DNA of 64,000 bases, taken from the NCBI RefSeq assembly GCF_022539665.2, contig NC_081333.1, positions 4,092,001 to 4,156,000 on the forward strand. Reading direction: 5' to 3'. The notes beneath the pieces were generated by a model that was not told the DNA's origin, made no database searches, and saw only the letters and a list, made by a program, of their open reading frames with translations. Made by a program: the position numbers and the translations under genes. This DNA is from Daphnia carinata (Eukaryota). Positions within the stretch are counted from its first letter, which is position 1; each line of letters opens with the position of its first letter. Below are positions 13,368 through 26,853 of this stretch, piece by piece.

Positions 13368-15132
13368 TCACATTCGTTTTGTGATTTCCTCTTCAAATAT
13401 TTCGCTTGCCGTAACACACCTGCAAATGTAGATAGCATGTGTTTAATAATTTTGAATTGAAAAGAATTTATCGTCAACGCTGTTCAAGTACTAGTTTAGA
13501 CTATATTACCGGCATTGTTCCGACGAGAAAAAAGAACCTGTAGAACATTCGACGTCAATTTGGGGAGGACAACGACACTTGCAACTTCGTTCGTCCCAAT
13601 CTTTGGAGATAAGAAAAATGATGCATTTCACAGCCGTCCTTCAACGCATAATTCTACTCAAATTATAGTCGCTTATACGTACAGAGAGGAGCCTTGCAAA
13701 TTTGCTGCACGGGTTTCCCAGGTTTTGATCCGTTCTGTTTGCAAACACATTTGCAATTATTTTTATCGTAGACCTGTTGTGGATTGCAATCCGATGCTTT
13801 CACCTATCGTTTTCAAAACAAGTTTTGATGTCTAGCCTGCATTTATAGTTACAGACATTATTAAATTCGTTGCAGCTTACCTTACACTGGCATTTGCATT
13901 TGTTATGTTTTTCTATTTGGACTTGCTTGTAGTTTACAGTTACTCCTTTACTATTAACATCAATTACCTCCTTGACATTTAAATGTACCCCTCTACTAGC
14001 AACAGCAACTGCCTGTAAAGATTGAGGAATGATAAATTTAACACAACATATACCTAGCCTTCAAACGCTAGATATATACCTGCGTTTTTATTATGGTGAT
14101 GGCTTCTGGAACTGGGACGCATTGAAGTCTTTCGTTGTTGCAGCAACCGCCACAACGTTCGACTAATGTACAGGCCGGCCACCATGTAATGTTTGGTTCT
14201 TTAGGTATCTCCACCGGAATCTGTAATCATTTCTGGGCGCTTAATATCTAATGTTTCTAACCAGATCATTTCTCCATTAATATATCCTTACTTTTCGTGG
14301 TTTGCATTCAGCAGAACGATCTCTAATAATCTCATTACTTTTCCGCAAGACTTCAGGCTTGGGTGTCGCTTCGCGTTTTCGAGGCGAATCCGGCGGTGGT
14401 ATTCCTGTCCGTAACATCCGTAGTGGGACTGCGACTTTAGTTTTGAGGTACATTGATAATTTTTAACATCCGATTTGCGCAAACCCACCATAACATTTTC
14501 AGACGTTTAGTTAAACTCACCATTCCCCGCTGGCGAGAGCAGCGTAAAAGTCAAATCTTGGTGGGCTGAAGAGTTATCGAATTCGTGATCTGGGGGCGAA
14601 TCATTCATTAGGAAATGCGAAGCGGCAACGGGAGTTGAAGCTGCGTTCGTCGAGCTATCCTTCAACAAGGCGTTATAGCAAGTTTTTCGTAGCTCTAAAT
14701 TATCCCTCTAAAAATCCATATGAACTATGATTGATAAGCCATTCGATTATTTTTAAAATATTGTTCTAATTTTATTCACCAGCTCGTCACGATCTGGTGT
14801 GTTATGTCGCCAGGTGCCGAGCATGACACTTCGAGTGAAAGGAGACGAACAAATTTCGGTTCCACCTACTCGAATAGTTTCGAGCAACAAAGCCTCCAAA
14901 CTGCTGACCCTACCGAGACGAATCTGCGTTGTAGAAAGTCTGATTAGTTTCATCGATGTTATTATGAATGAATAAAAACTGTTACCTGAAATTCGTATTC
15001 CGGATCGATAGGATTTTCTCCATCGGAAGTTCTAGAAAAATCTCCGTTGGTGTGCCGTCCAATACGAGATGTACTGGTATACGTGAGATTCATCATCAGT
15101 AATAGAAAGGCAATAACGTTTGAATATTCCAT
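13368..15132 (-). CDS. PDGF/VEGF-related secreted growth factor (Pvf-like) with a C-terminal Cys-rich tail
   Basis: Signal peptide MEYSNVIAFLLLMM; exon WWPACTLVERCGGCCNNERLQCVP (PDGF/VEGF signature); HNKCKCQCK followed by CNPQQVYDKNNCKCVC. Confidence 0.88.
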
Positions 15133-16829
15133 ATTGGGCCGTGGAAATTGGTAGAACAGTTCGGTTATGCGTCCTCTCTGTGCGGAGATGTCTTGTGTAC
15201 TGATACGTGATCTGTTGGAGGTATAAGTCACGGACGCATTTTATAAAGAAGTGCTACTAGACACAACGGGTCGTGACTTGACTTTGCAAGTTGCCGTTTT
15301 TCTGCCTGGAGTAGGCGGAAAGGGTGGGAGGATTCTGCTCTGGGGTAATTTCCCAACTTCCCATGTGCAGACCCGCAGTTGGAATCTTTTTTTTTATCAT
15401 ATCCCCATCCGTTTGAAAAGTTCAAATACTCGGGCAATCCAATCCTGTGGCATTGTCATGTGTTATTTTCAAACATTTGGACAGAATTTTTACGAAAAGT
15501 GACCTCAGAAACGTGGGAGGAAGAGTACGTCAATGTCGATGACGTCTATTTGGGAACGAGAACTTTTCCTGGCTTTGTTTGCCTCTTTTAAGTAAATAAG
15601 CCGTACGGCTCATTGCCCAGTGTATAGCGTTCTGGTAAGATTTCAAGAGAACTATCACGCCCTTTACGTGACTCGTGTGGCCGTTTGTAGGTAATGTACC
15701 AGCAGACAACAGATGACTGAATTTTACTATCAACAAATAAGTACACGGACATGTTTGTTTGCTGGCAGACTGTTGTAAGGAACCCACTGAAGAGGAGATG
15801 TCCGGCGCCGACGTCGTCCAAGGCAAAAGTCTAGACAGAATTTGACCTGCAAGGCGAGGCACTCGGTAACATCAAATATAAATGAGCAAAACTTGATTTA
15901 GTGTAATCATAAATCAAGAAATAGAACATTTGTACCAGGATGTTTACCTCGGTGAAACATTTGTGAAAACGTTGCCAAATTTAGATAAAATAGCACGTTG
16001 GTATGTTTTCTTGCCCAGTTCTGTCTATACGGCCAATTCGTGGAAGCAGAAGATTGGAAAGCTCGCAAATAAACAAAAATGTTTAACTGATCTATCGATA
16101 GCATTACTATAAAGTGCCGACCGCCTTTTATTAAGGATTCGTAAATATTGGTTTCTTAGAAAAAACGAAATCTGGAAATCGCAAATGTTTACAGCCAACG
16201 AAAAGCGCATAAGAGTTACTTTAGTAAAAAAAAGAGGGGGGGGGGGAAAGCTATTCTATTAGATTATAATATATAATTCCAACAATATCAATACAATATT
16301 TTGCATGCTCTGACAGGATAGAGAAAAGGCGCGTAAGATCTAAAAACTTCGAATAATATTTGAACCGAATAATGAAAGTTGAGATTCGAGAACGGTGATG
16401 TTGTGTCTATAGAACTAGACGAAAATCGTTTACTCACAGTCGGCCTGATAGAGCTTCGAGTATCAAGCATCTCAATCAACACAGGTAGTTGCCGAGGTCT
16501 GGAAGTTGCGTACGCACCTCTGTAAAATTTATTTGAACGCGCCGCAACTTTCGGGAAAACTTAGCTATAAATAACACTTGATTTACTCAATACGAACACG
16601 TAAGCCGATTCTCAATTTTTCCTATATTTTTTGTTATTTTTATTGTTAAAAAGAAATATATTCGTTTATGAAACTGCATTTCTAGTGCTAAACATAGATG
16701 GCACCACTGTTAAAAGGCAGCAGACGATACAATGGTAAACAAATTTGTACTTGACTGTTTCTGTCAATGTGTCTTCCTGGAAATCTCGTAGGCGTTTTTA
16801 ACCCATTGTTCATAATTTTTACCAGAGCC

Positions 16830-19275
16830 ATGGAGAAAACTTGTTACTTTTTTCAAATACCAACGGAAGTTATGTGCATGATTGTTAGTCACTTATCTAT
16901 ACACGACAGAATCTCTTTCAAATTCGCATATCCACATTTTTTCTGCCAGCATAGGTATGATCACAATCTTCCTGACATCGATAGCAAATTAATAGAGCGT
17001 AACATATAAACAGAATGTTTTATTATCCTTCAGGCACATAAATGTCAGGGAAGCATTTGCTTGCAGTGAAGAAAACATAGAAAAAATACTTCACAATTAT
17101 AACCCAGATGTGGTAACCAAATTGGATTTTAACTATTGCTACTGGTTATCAGGAAAAGAAATAAGTGATTTTGCAAGAAGTTGCACCAATCTCAAAGAGC
17201 TATCTGTGGCACATACAAACATTGACATTAGTGACGTAGCTGAAGTGTTGAGTGAGAATGTCAAGCTATCCAAACTGTCCCTCAGCATTACAAACCCAGA
17301 TAGCTATTGGTGTACAGAACAGTCTGTTATTGATTGCCTACAACAGCACCAAGAGGATTCTGAAGAAATGTCTAGCAAAATGATTTGGCAAAATCTTCTA
17401 TCATTGTCTCAACTAGGAACAGCTAAAGAGTCTTTGGCTCAACTTAGCTACTTAGATCTTCACACTGGACATAACCCTGTTATTCTAGGGACAATATTGA
17501 GGTATTGAAACTATTTTCACCATTTCACTGTTCCTAGAACTTGTGAGTAACAAATTCATCTGTTTTTTCTTTTTAGTGCATGCAAAAATTTGGAGAATCT
17601 TTCTATACAGCTGACTGTTGAACAAGAAAAACTTGTCTATCCTGAAGATTTAAAAATAGAAGATTGGCCTTCAAGAAAAACCATCAGCAACTTGCTTGAA
17701 TCTTTTGCTGTGGACAGTGTGGAACGGTACAGTCCCCTCCCACCACGTTCTTTAAAATCCATTGTTGTGTTAGTTCACAACAAAAGTAGGACTATGGAAG
17801 GTCCAATGGAACAATTTATTCAGAAGATAGTTGATAAAAGTTCTAGCTACATACAGTGCTTATGGGCAGCCATACCTTTCTTAACATTGCGCGATATGGG
17901 ATTCAGTATTAAGAATATGATTGCTTGGAAGGAAACGAAAAATTTTAGTGATATCGTCTTACGACAGAAACGTCTACCTTTTATGGAGAGCCTTGCGTGT
18001 AACAAGTATATGCAAAGAGGCGACTTTAATTCGCCACACCTAAAACAAATTGAGTGCGGATTTTGGAAAGATGTATGTATGTTTCTAGTTGAATGTATCC
18101 AACCGAATAATTAATCCCTTTTCTTATTTACGGCAGAATTTTGCGAGTTTTTGCCGAGCTCATCCGTTGCTGGAAAGATTGCGATTAAACAAGCGCCCTT
18201 GTGAAGTTTCAGAGCTTTATAGCATCATCGATTGGAGTCGCTTACCACCAATACGAGTCCTATCGCTCCATTCACGAATTATTTACGCGTCAGACTATTT
18301 GCAAAACAGCTGGATGAGAAATCGAGCTGAAAGGGCATTGTGCATGCTACTCAATAAATGCCCGTCATTAGAAGAACTTGAAATTTGTCCCGATTTTAAT
18401 GAAAGCCCAGACGCCTTGATAAGGTTCGTAATTGCTTTATTTTGTAACACAAATATTTATTTAGATGTTGCTTCTCGATTAGGAATTCGCGGGAAACATT
18501 TCTCACAGCCGATTCGCTTTCTGGATTGACGCTATGTCAAAATTTAAAGAAGTTTTCGCTTGTTTCCGTGAAGATATCGTACAAGCAAGAAGAAATCAAC
18601 GACACCTCACTACTGGAGGAGGTAATCCTTTTTATTTTCATGTAATTCAAAAAATGTTAAACACTCTTTTGATTTCAGATTGTAACAAAATGTCCTAATC
18701 TCGAATCATTGAAAATCCAAGACTTGAGTATCGGTTTAACGCATAATGGTGCCAATGAGCGCAAAAATTCCGTTTTGGAAACGCTTTATTGGTCGTGCAT
18801 AGAGAGATGCTGTTTGACACTACGATCAGCCCACAAACTCCGTTTACTGAGGTGGAAAATGCGCATCGTTTCACAAGCCTTTGACCAGTTAATCCGCTTA
18901 TTAGCCTATTGCCCTTCGCTGGTCCAACTGGGATTGGTTGCAAGTTCCGTTCACTGTGGGCTGGACATGTACTCATGGAACGAAACAATGTTCGCGGCAT
19001 TTTTCGTTGAATTCGTTCAACATTTGCCGAAACTAATTGCTCTTTTAGTCGTCCTTCCCGGTGCTCCAACGTCGCATTGCATAGCAGCCACCGCAGCTCT
19101 GGAGTCCACCTATCGTTCAACTCGCCCGTGTTTCTGTGCGCAAATCACGGACAGTCTGAGCAGTGCTAATCCCCCTAGTTTGCCCTGGATACACTATCAA
19201 GCGCTGGCCTGCGATTCGTACCCATCCGTTGGTGAGTTACCCTATCATTTTACGACATCCGACAGTCATTACTGA
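16830..19275 (+). CDS. F-box/leucine-rich-repeat protein
   Basis: N-terminal F-box-like FFQIPTEVMCMIVSHLSIHDRISF and repeated CxxLxxLxL motifs (CTNLKELSV, CPSLEELEI, CPNLESLKI, CPSLVQLGL). Confidence 0.8.
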
Positions 19276-20049
19276 TTCCCTTGTTGAGATCTCATTTATT
19301 GACATTTGCAAATTGACGTTCAAATTTATCGACATTATTTTCAATGAACTTGGCCCTTTTCAACTGCTGGACAAAATTTAATTAAAATTGACTTATGATG
19401 GGACGGACGTGTAATAATCGTATAGTTTTGCGAATATTTTGATCTGACTGCGCGAAAAAAGATGCCTGTGTCTTAACGATTTTTTGTATATTCCGTTATC
19501 GAGTTTACTATACAATTGTTTCGCTCAAATGGTTTTCTGTGTTTCGATTTCTTTGGCATTAACATTCTCTCACTGTGTCCGTGACTAGGACGTGGAGAAC
19601 ACACAGTCGGAACACATTTACGTCGAATGTGCTTTCGCCAAGGCTATTGCCATTACTGCTAAGTGTTTTCCATTGTAGCCGAAACGCTTAGGTAATTTGA
19701 AGTCAACGACCTTCGTTCGCCTCGTTATTTCCTCTTAAAAAATAGGTACGATGTCAATTTGGCCATGACTGAAATCCACTTTAAAAGTTTTCAACACGCA
19801 TCTTTGACGAGAACAAGTGGGTTGTTCATAACCTAATAGCTTTTAATATACAGTATAATGTCCGTAGAGTTAAAATTTTCAGGTTCTTAATTTTTGACAT
19901 CTTAAATGATTCAACTGCAAATTTTACAAACAGGAACGTTTATCTTTTATTGGTAATATAATCTCATCCGAAAATGTAGAAGATTCAGTGAAGAACTTCA
20001 TTTAAATATTTTCTTTGTCGCGCAGGCCATTGTCTTTGGTTTAATAGGC

Positions 20050-20388
20050 TTATTTGCCGAAATGATGTCCACCATATCCGTATCCGCCGTATCCACCGTA
20101 ACCCCCGTAACCACCAGGATAGCCTCCGTAACCACCAGGATAGCCTCCGTAGCCACCAGGATAGCCACCGTAACCATAGCCACCATGTCCGTGGTGATGG
20201 TCGTGATGATGATGATGTCCGCCAAGCAAACCTTCTATCAGACCCAAGAAAGGTGCAGCTTCAACGACCATCGATGCAAACACTACGAAGAAACCAAAAA
20301 CTGCAATCTAAAATAGTTGATCAGAATTAGAAAAAGAATTCTAAGTGTTGGCCGTAGCTCGACGCATCGTTACCGTGTTGCGGATCAT
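20050..20388 (-). CDS. Secreted His/Gly/Tyr-rich peptide with GGYPGGY repeats, 2 exons
   Basis: TATAAAA near 20441-20447; MIRNT|IAVFGFFVVFASMVVEA signal peptide; FLGLIEGLLGG, a poly-His tract and 21-nt tandem repeats. Confidence 0.85.
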
Positions 20389-21090
20389 CTTGTTGCTGTT
20401 GTTCGTGAAGAACTGTTGATAATGTCGCCGCAGCGCTAGCTTTTTATAGCGAGGTAGCAGCTGGATTACAGAAATCCTTCCGTAGAAGGCAGGAAGGCAC
20501 TCGACAACTTAACCCAAGGTTAAAAACGCTTTCGTTTTCTCGCCGGGAATTCTTTGACGTCCTGACCTTGCCTTATTATTGGAAACGGAGGTTTTCCGGG
20601 TCTTCATTCCACGCTGGTGGTTATAGGTGGAGTTTCGTCTTTCAAACAATTTTTTTTGGGAGTTCGCCGCATGTGTGTGTGAGGTAAACGCATGGGACGA
20701 AACACCTGACTATACAAGGATATCATTGATGTATAAACGCTGTTGGGCATTGAATCTCTTGTAACGAATGTGTTGCTGGTGTGTATTAACAAGATCTTTA
20801 GAGGGTCTGAAAGCAAACAGAATTTATGAACCAAGAACCTTGGCCTAAATGAAAAACACGCGGAAGACGCTCAAGTTACTGGTTTTCTACAAACAAAATG
20901 ACTGCGTTATTGTGACACATGTGTTGCACTATGGAAAACGGATTTCTATTTACCTGTAGCTCAAATGGAATTCAAGAGGTAGAAGGTGAATCGGGAAATC
21001 TTTGTTACAAATCCCACATCCAAAAATAAAGTTAATTGCGGCAACACTCGTTAAATTTCGTACCTAAACCATGTATATATATATATATAG

Positions 21091-21658
21091 ATAGCAATAT
21101 CGTTTTTTAAAATAAATAGAAAATAGGAAAAGTCGGGCTTATTATTTTGTCAGGCTTATTTTTTAAGCCAATATGGTAAAAATCGGGTACAATGCTGAAA
21201 ATCTCAATCAAACTATGATCTAGACAGAATCCCTATCGAGAAATTTAGAAAAACTGAAAAAAATGAACTGCTTGAATTATGCAGTTCTCGAACAAAAAAT
21301 AATCAAGTTGTCTCTTCCAACTGCTTTGGACCTGAATAATGCAAAAACTATTGATCCCATTCAGAAATGAAGCTGATTTCCGGGTTCCCCGTTAAATTTT
21401 GAGTAAGATTCATGTATTTTTAGCCATAGTTAGATTTTTGCCAAAAATGAAAAATTGGGAAGGCTTATAGCCTTCTCACTTTTGTCGAAATCCGAAAAAA
21501 AATGAAATCTCATGGAATTGGATGAAACTCAGTAGAAATAATCAGAATTGAACGCTGATTCCAAATATAGCATCGGTTTTTTCCTTGGTTGTATAGTTTC
21601 CGAATAAACTTCTTATTGCAAGAGAAAAAACTAAAATAACGTTAAACGATGTGGCTAC
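21091..21658. mobile_element. Degenerate non-autonomous DNA-transposon/MITE-like segment
   Basis: Next to a (TA)n tract. Imperfect ends TAGCAATATCGTTT / AAACGATGTGGCTA. Shares AAGTCGGGCTTATT and TGAAyGCTGATTCC motifs with the modules at 44111-44671. Confidence 0.45.
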
Positions 21659-22646
21659 GGATAAAAGGAAATTCCGGATTTGAATCCGTCCGCTGTGTCA
21701 TCTCATGGCAATGACGGTTGTCGAAACAATTACCTTCTCCAGTTCATCCTTTTGACAGAGAGAAGAAGATCGGAAACCGGAAGTGTAGCGTTGCCACGGT
21801 CGAATGAATCCTCTTACACCTCGGGCAAATCGACGCTATCGCGAATGGGATACCCCCCCCCCAATTCTATCTGATATCCTTCTGTTTAGAAATTGCATCA
21901 AAACACTTGATCATATGTCAGAAAGAAATCAACATGTTTCGTTTTTTAATTCTTAGTTAATGCCGTCGCTGTGCCACCTTTCATTTGTTTTCTTAGTTAA
22001 GTTAGCTCTTCCTATAAATTTGCTAATTCCTATATACAATTTATTTAAGTATTGCCATTTTACGTTAATAGTTAGTAGAGCAGAAAAACCCAGCAGCTTC
22101 TCGAGGTCCTAGACATAAAAAATCACCTAGTCGTTGAGGCCGCGGCCATTTCAAGCCAGTTTGTAGCCATTTTACCCTTGCAGGTTTACGCTATTAATTG
22201 TGAGATACCAAACGTACCATGTCCTGCTAACGAGCCGTCCTTTTCCCGCGTGCAGCATGCAGATTGGGCTGTTGCATAAAACCGCAATTTCCTACAATGG
22301 CGCTAACAGAGAGTGCGTGTTTGCTCGGGACTAACTTCCCGAAAACTATTTTTATCGTACACAGCGAGACACAGCAAAATATATGTGGGTAGTTGGGCCA
22401 GGCGTTTTCTACGATGACGCAACGAAAGTGTACCCAAGATGCATGGTATTTCCCCGTGCATTACGCCAGTGAGTATGTTCACCGAGATAACAGAAAACGA
22501 TAAACATGGAATATAATAAACGGAAATTGAGGAACGCCCATACCGTGACCTCGTTTTTCTTAGTTCAGCAACTATATAAACAAACGAAGTTGTACTCTTC
22601 TTTGTACGATAAGAACACAGACATCCTCCGTCTCAACATTAGAAAA

Positions 22647-22996
22647 ATGCATCGTCCACTCGTAATGGTAATTTAAAACTATGCGAAGCTTGTGTATAGA
22701 CAAAGCCGTTAACATTTTTCACCATTTCCAAAAACCGCCAACGTTTCCGGTTCCGGGTAGCTTCTGTTAGTGACACTGATGGCTGTTTACACCGTGGCTG
22801 AACGTAAGTACACAGGATTCCATGTGAGAACTTGAACCATTTGTCACTGTCAACGATAATTTAGTTGGAATATTTTGTTTTTAAATACTTGAGCTAATTT
22901 GCTGACGTTGTGTGATGTTCAAGGAAAACCGTTTGATCGCTTCGTGTGGTCCTTACTTATTAATAATGCTGCTAATTTAAATTACGTGATTGAATA
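22647..22996 (+). CDS. Possible short secreted-peptide gene or remnant
   Basis: TATATAAA at about 22574; MHRPLVM|LLLVTLMAVYTVAE| with GT-AG sites, resembling the flanking peptide genes. The third exon is uncertain. Confidence 0.3.
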
Positions 22997-23444
22997 ACAC
23001 AGTGTTAGGGAGGTGCCCAGGTTCGTGCAGATATGAGTGCCCGGAACGAACGCCGGAAAACGAGCCTTGCGCACTTTGCCAATGTGGCAAACCTTACGGA
23101 CCACTGTGCTGTTTGTAAAACGTTTTTTGTTTATCAACAGCAGAATTCCCTAGCGCTTTTATTACGTTCTGATGATCTTTAATTTGTAGTGACATCAGAT
23201 TCATGTATTATTTTTTTGTGTTTCAATAATTCTGAACTGGCAGAAGTTCCTCCATTTTTATATTTATTTACCGTTGTAATTGAATAAAAGAATTACAAAT
23301 ATTCACGCCGAGATATACAAACATGACACGAATACTTAAATTAACAATGAAACAATAAATCTGCCAGCCTTTGGTGATCGAGGAAGACAATGACCTTAAC
23401 GTCAGTTTTCAGTTGTACAAGCCAATGGAACGTCTAGATGCTTC

Positions 23445-23813
23445 TTAGCCTAAGAAACCGAATCCTCCATGATGTCCATCGAACCCATGGTGATGTCCAT
23501 CAAAACCGCCATGATGGTGTCCCCCAAAACCACCGTGATGGTGTCCACCGAAACCGCCGTGATGGTGTCCGCCGAAACCGCCGTGATGTCCAATGAATCC
23601 ATCGTGATGATGATGATGATGATGATGTCCGCCACCCAACAAGCTTCCAACAATCCCTAAAATATTACGACGCTCTCGCCGGCCCTCGGCCATTGCAAAC
23701 AAGGCCATCGCCAAAACAACGATCAAGCTAACAACGATCTAAAGATAAATCAAATATTATTTAACACACTAAACACGACACGATTAAATACTTCTTACCA
23801 AACTACGGCTCAT
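23445..23813 (-). CDS. Secreted His/Gly-rich peptide with GGFGGHHH repeats, 2 exons
   Basis: MSRSL|IVVSLIVVLAMALFAMAEG signal peptide, RRERR basic site, NILGIVGSLLGG, His8 and 24-nt tandem repeats. Confidence 0.88.
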
Positions 23814-24483
23814 TTTTATAGCTTGTGTGGAGTTGGGACTGGAGAATTGATACTGTTGCTGGAAAGCTGCAAGAACTGCAATAATAACAAGACTATTTGG
23901 CTTCTATTTATATGAACATTCAGGTCTGGTAGGAAGTGGTAATGTTACTACACGGTAGGCAATTAAGGTCAACGTAAAAGAGGTATCCTTCCTTTTATGA
24001 AGGTCGACTTTAGCTCGTCATATTGTTCAGTAAAGACAGTCTTAGTAGCTTTTTGCTTGCTCTGAAAATGAAATAAACGACCTTGCAATAAAATTAATTT
24101 TTTTTATGTACTGAGGCCGAATAATTTTGATCCAGGAATCTGCTAGTCTTTGCGTGATTCATAACCGGGACAAGGATGTTTTCATGGTTGTTTTTTTCGT
24201 GGTTGTTGTTTGCAGAGTCACGGTGACAACTCTAGCAAATCTAATAGTGTTTGAAATGTAGAGCCTTATAATCTGTTGTTATCGGTCACAAGACTAAACT
24301 ATAGTGATTATTCGGCAGTTGCTATGGTCGTGTTGATAACGAAAAGCTCGAGAAAGCTCTTCACACGTGGAACTGGTATATTCAGGTCGACCCAAACACA
24401 GGTGAGAAAAAAAAACAAAAAGTGAAAACTCAAACTATTCTTTACTTAATCATGTTTTATAGCCAATTTCAACGTAGTAAACA

Positions 24484-25392
24484 ATGACCAACAAACAGGT
24501 AAAATGCACAAAACAGCTATCTTCTATTTAACGATGTCAAAACTTGTTTTTCAAATCTATAGCAAAGCTATGATTACTTTGTAACCGTCGTTTTCCAAAC
24601 TGCCTTAGTACCTGATGGTCGATCTCACCGGTAAGCCAATTTCATTGTCATATAGTTAAATATTCAGCAAATGCTAATTTGTTTTAGGAAGGAAATCGTC
24701 GAAGTGAATGCAGTGGCGGTCCACTCGCTCAATGTGGATCGCCAAAAAGCTTTTGCTGGATGTTGCCATCCGGAAGTAAGGGAGACATTCAACTTTTTTA
24801 AATGTTCCTTGCTTATTCTATAGCCTTACTTTTTCGGGTGGGCGAAAGCTTGCTGATTGTACATTTGGCGATACGTTGCGAAAGTTCGCGCAATGGTTGA
24901 ATCAGCTGAACGGCCCCTTCATCTTAGTAACAGATAATTACAACGCTTTGGCTTTGGATTTCAGAAATCAATGTTTGGTAAATTCGGTTTATCGTTCATG
25001 CACCTTCATTATCTTGATGATCTTGTATCGTATGCAAATTATGCTTTAGAGATCGGGATACGACATGCCACCATTCGCAACGACATGGTTGAACGTGACC
25101 GAATTTTGGAGACGACGTTATGGAAACCGTGAAGTAAGTGCAATATATTTTTGTTGAAGTAGGAGTTGATGGATTGCCAAGTAAATATGTTTGAATATAG
25201 CAAGTGACGGTCGATCAATTACTGGAACACTTTGGCAAGAATCGTGTATTGGACAAGGGCAAACGTACGTCTCAATGCAACGCTCGAAGTCTAGCCATTG
25301 TTACAGCCGATATCGTTAGAATTCACCGAGCATTTTCGTTCAAAGCAAACGAAGGTTGCAATGAAATTTCCATCGTGTTAGACGTTATTTGA
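24484..25392 (+). CDS. ERI1/ERI3-like DEDDh exonuclease-fold protein lacking catalytic residues, 6 coding exons
   Basis: QSYDYFVTVVFQT, EIVEVNAV, TFGDTLRKFAQWL, ILVTD, PPFATTWLNV and SQCNARSLA align by eye to ERI-family blocks. Confidence 0.65.
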
Positions 25393-25728
25393 AATCCGGA
25401 ATTTCACCACAAGATTCTTTGTTGTTTATGTCATTTGTTGTACAAATGTAATGTTTCAGGTAACATGAAAACCCCGATGTCTACATTGTTGTTTATAAAA
25501 TTTCATTTGACGTCACGATCTAAGATTGCCGTGCGATGAAAACAAATCCATAAAGCTCCATGAGATATCGGCCTTTATGACCGGTACTGTATCAGCAATG
25601 TTGACTCTACTCTGCCAGGTTAAATGAGGCTGCATGCAATGAACTCGAGTTTATAATACATATCACGCTCAACCTGCCAAGAACCCCGTTCATTTCTTGT
25701 TCTTTTTTTTCCCTTTTTTCCATTTGAA

Positions 25729-26065
25729 AATGGCTTTTCAAAGTTTACTTATAGAAACGCTTGGATCACTAGTTGTTTGCATAATTCTCGTTTCTTTTTT
25801 CCGACATCTATACAGTAAAATATACGCAAAATGTCTAGGGAAGTCGCCATCTATGACTGATGGTGATGCTTCCAGTAATGTCAATCCCTCAAACCCACCA
25901 CAACAGATCAGAGATCTTCCTCCTCCACCCTCGTATGATGAAGTCTTATCTAGTGAGATATTTGTCATAAATATTGACGAAAAACATGATCCTCCAACCT
26001 GGTACGTCAATGAGCACCTTCCCACTTATGACGAGGCTATTGTGATGAGCTCTTCTTCATCGTAA
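25729..26065 (+). CDS. Small single-pass membrane protein with PPxY/LPxY motifs (NEDD4-adaptor-like)
   Basis: TM segment LGSLVVCIILVSFF; cytosolic PPPPSYDEV and LPTYDEA. Confidence 0.7.
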
Positions 26066-26853
26066 AGGTAAGTCTTATTTCTTAAAAATCCCTTCAACAA
26101 ATTAGTATCTTAATTATTGTGTTATTACGTGTTTAGTCCGTGAATTTTGATTGACTGCTAGACCAAAAAAGGAATCGTCATGAAGTGTGTTAATATCCTC
26201 GCTATCTCGCCAAAATGTTTTTGCTAACGAACCACAAGATCCTCAATCTTTCTCAGCGTGCTGAAGTCGCCGATCTTGTAAATTGATCCTGTATAATGTG
26301 TGTTGGTCTGTTCCGCTCCCATGTAATCCAAGTAAATTTTTGTCCATGTATCCTATTTATCAGCGTGATCTTTGATAAAGCAATACACTTTAAGCGCCTG
26401 TGGTTTTTTTCTTGTTTTTTCATGACTTAAAGTATTATAAAGCTTATCGCACGATTAGCGTATATAAACTAGTATTCACAAGTGAAAAACTAAAGTTGAA
26501 TGTGTTTTGTGAATAAATAGAGGAATAACAACTTCTGTTAAAGCGACAAGCGAAAAAGGAAGCGGTATCGTTGAATCAAACTGGTTCAGCGCGGAGTTAA
26601 ATATCGATTGGCTTTGTTTTCCCTTCTTCTATCGATTTCATTGCTCAATACTCCGGGCCTTATCCACAGACCCGGACTTGGAACGTGTGTTGAAAACCTT
26701 GAGTGACTCATTCTTCATAAGAAGTGTGTACTGACGTGCGAACTTTCTTTATTAAGCTTCCGGATTGTTTATTTCTCGGCCCAGTGCTTTCGTACCAACA
26801 GTGGAGTTCGTTTGTCGTTTGATCTAGAAAACTGTTCACTACCAACAGAAACC

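Noticed and set aside
15250..16210. Short ORFs upstream of the Pvf gene, two containing DVYLG
   Set aside because: No coherent splice model or family similarity.
20090..23630. CRISPR-like or satellite interpretation of the 21- and 24-nt tandem repeats
   Set aside because: They are in-frame coding repeats with no unique spacers, in a eukaryotic context.
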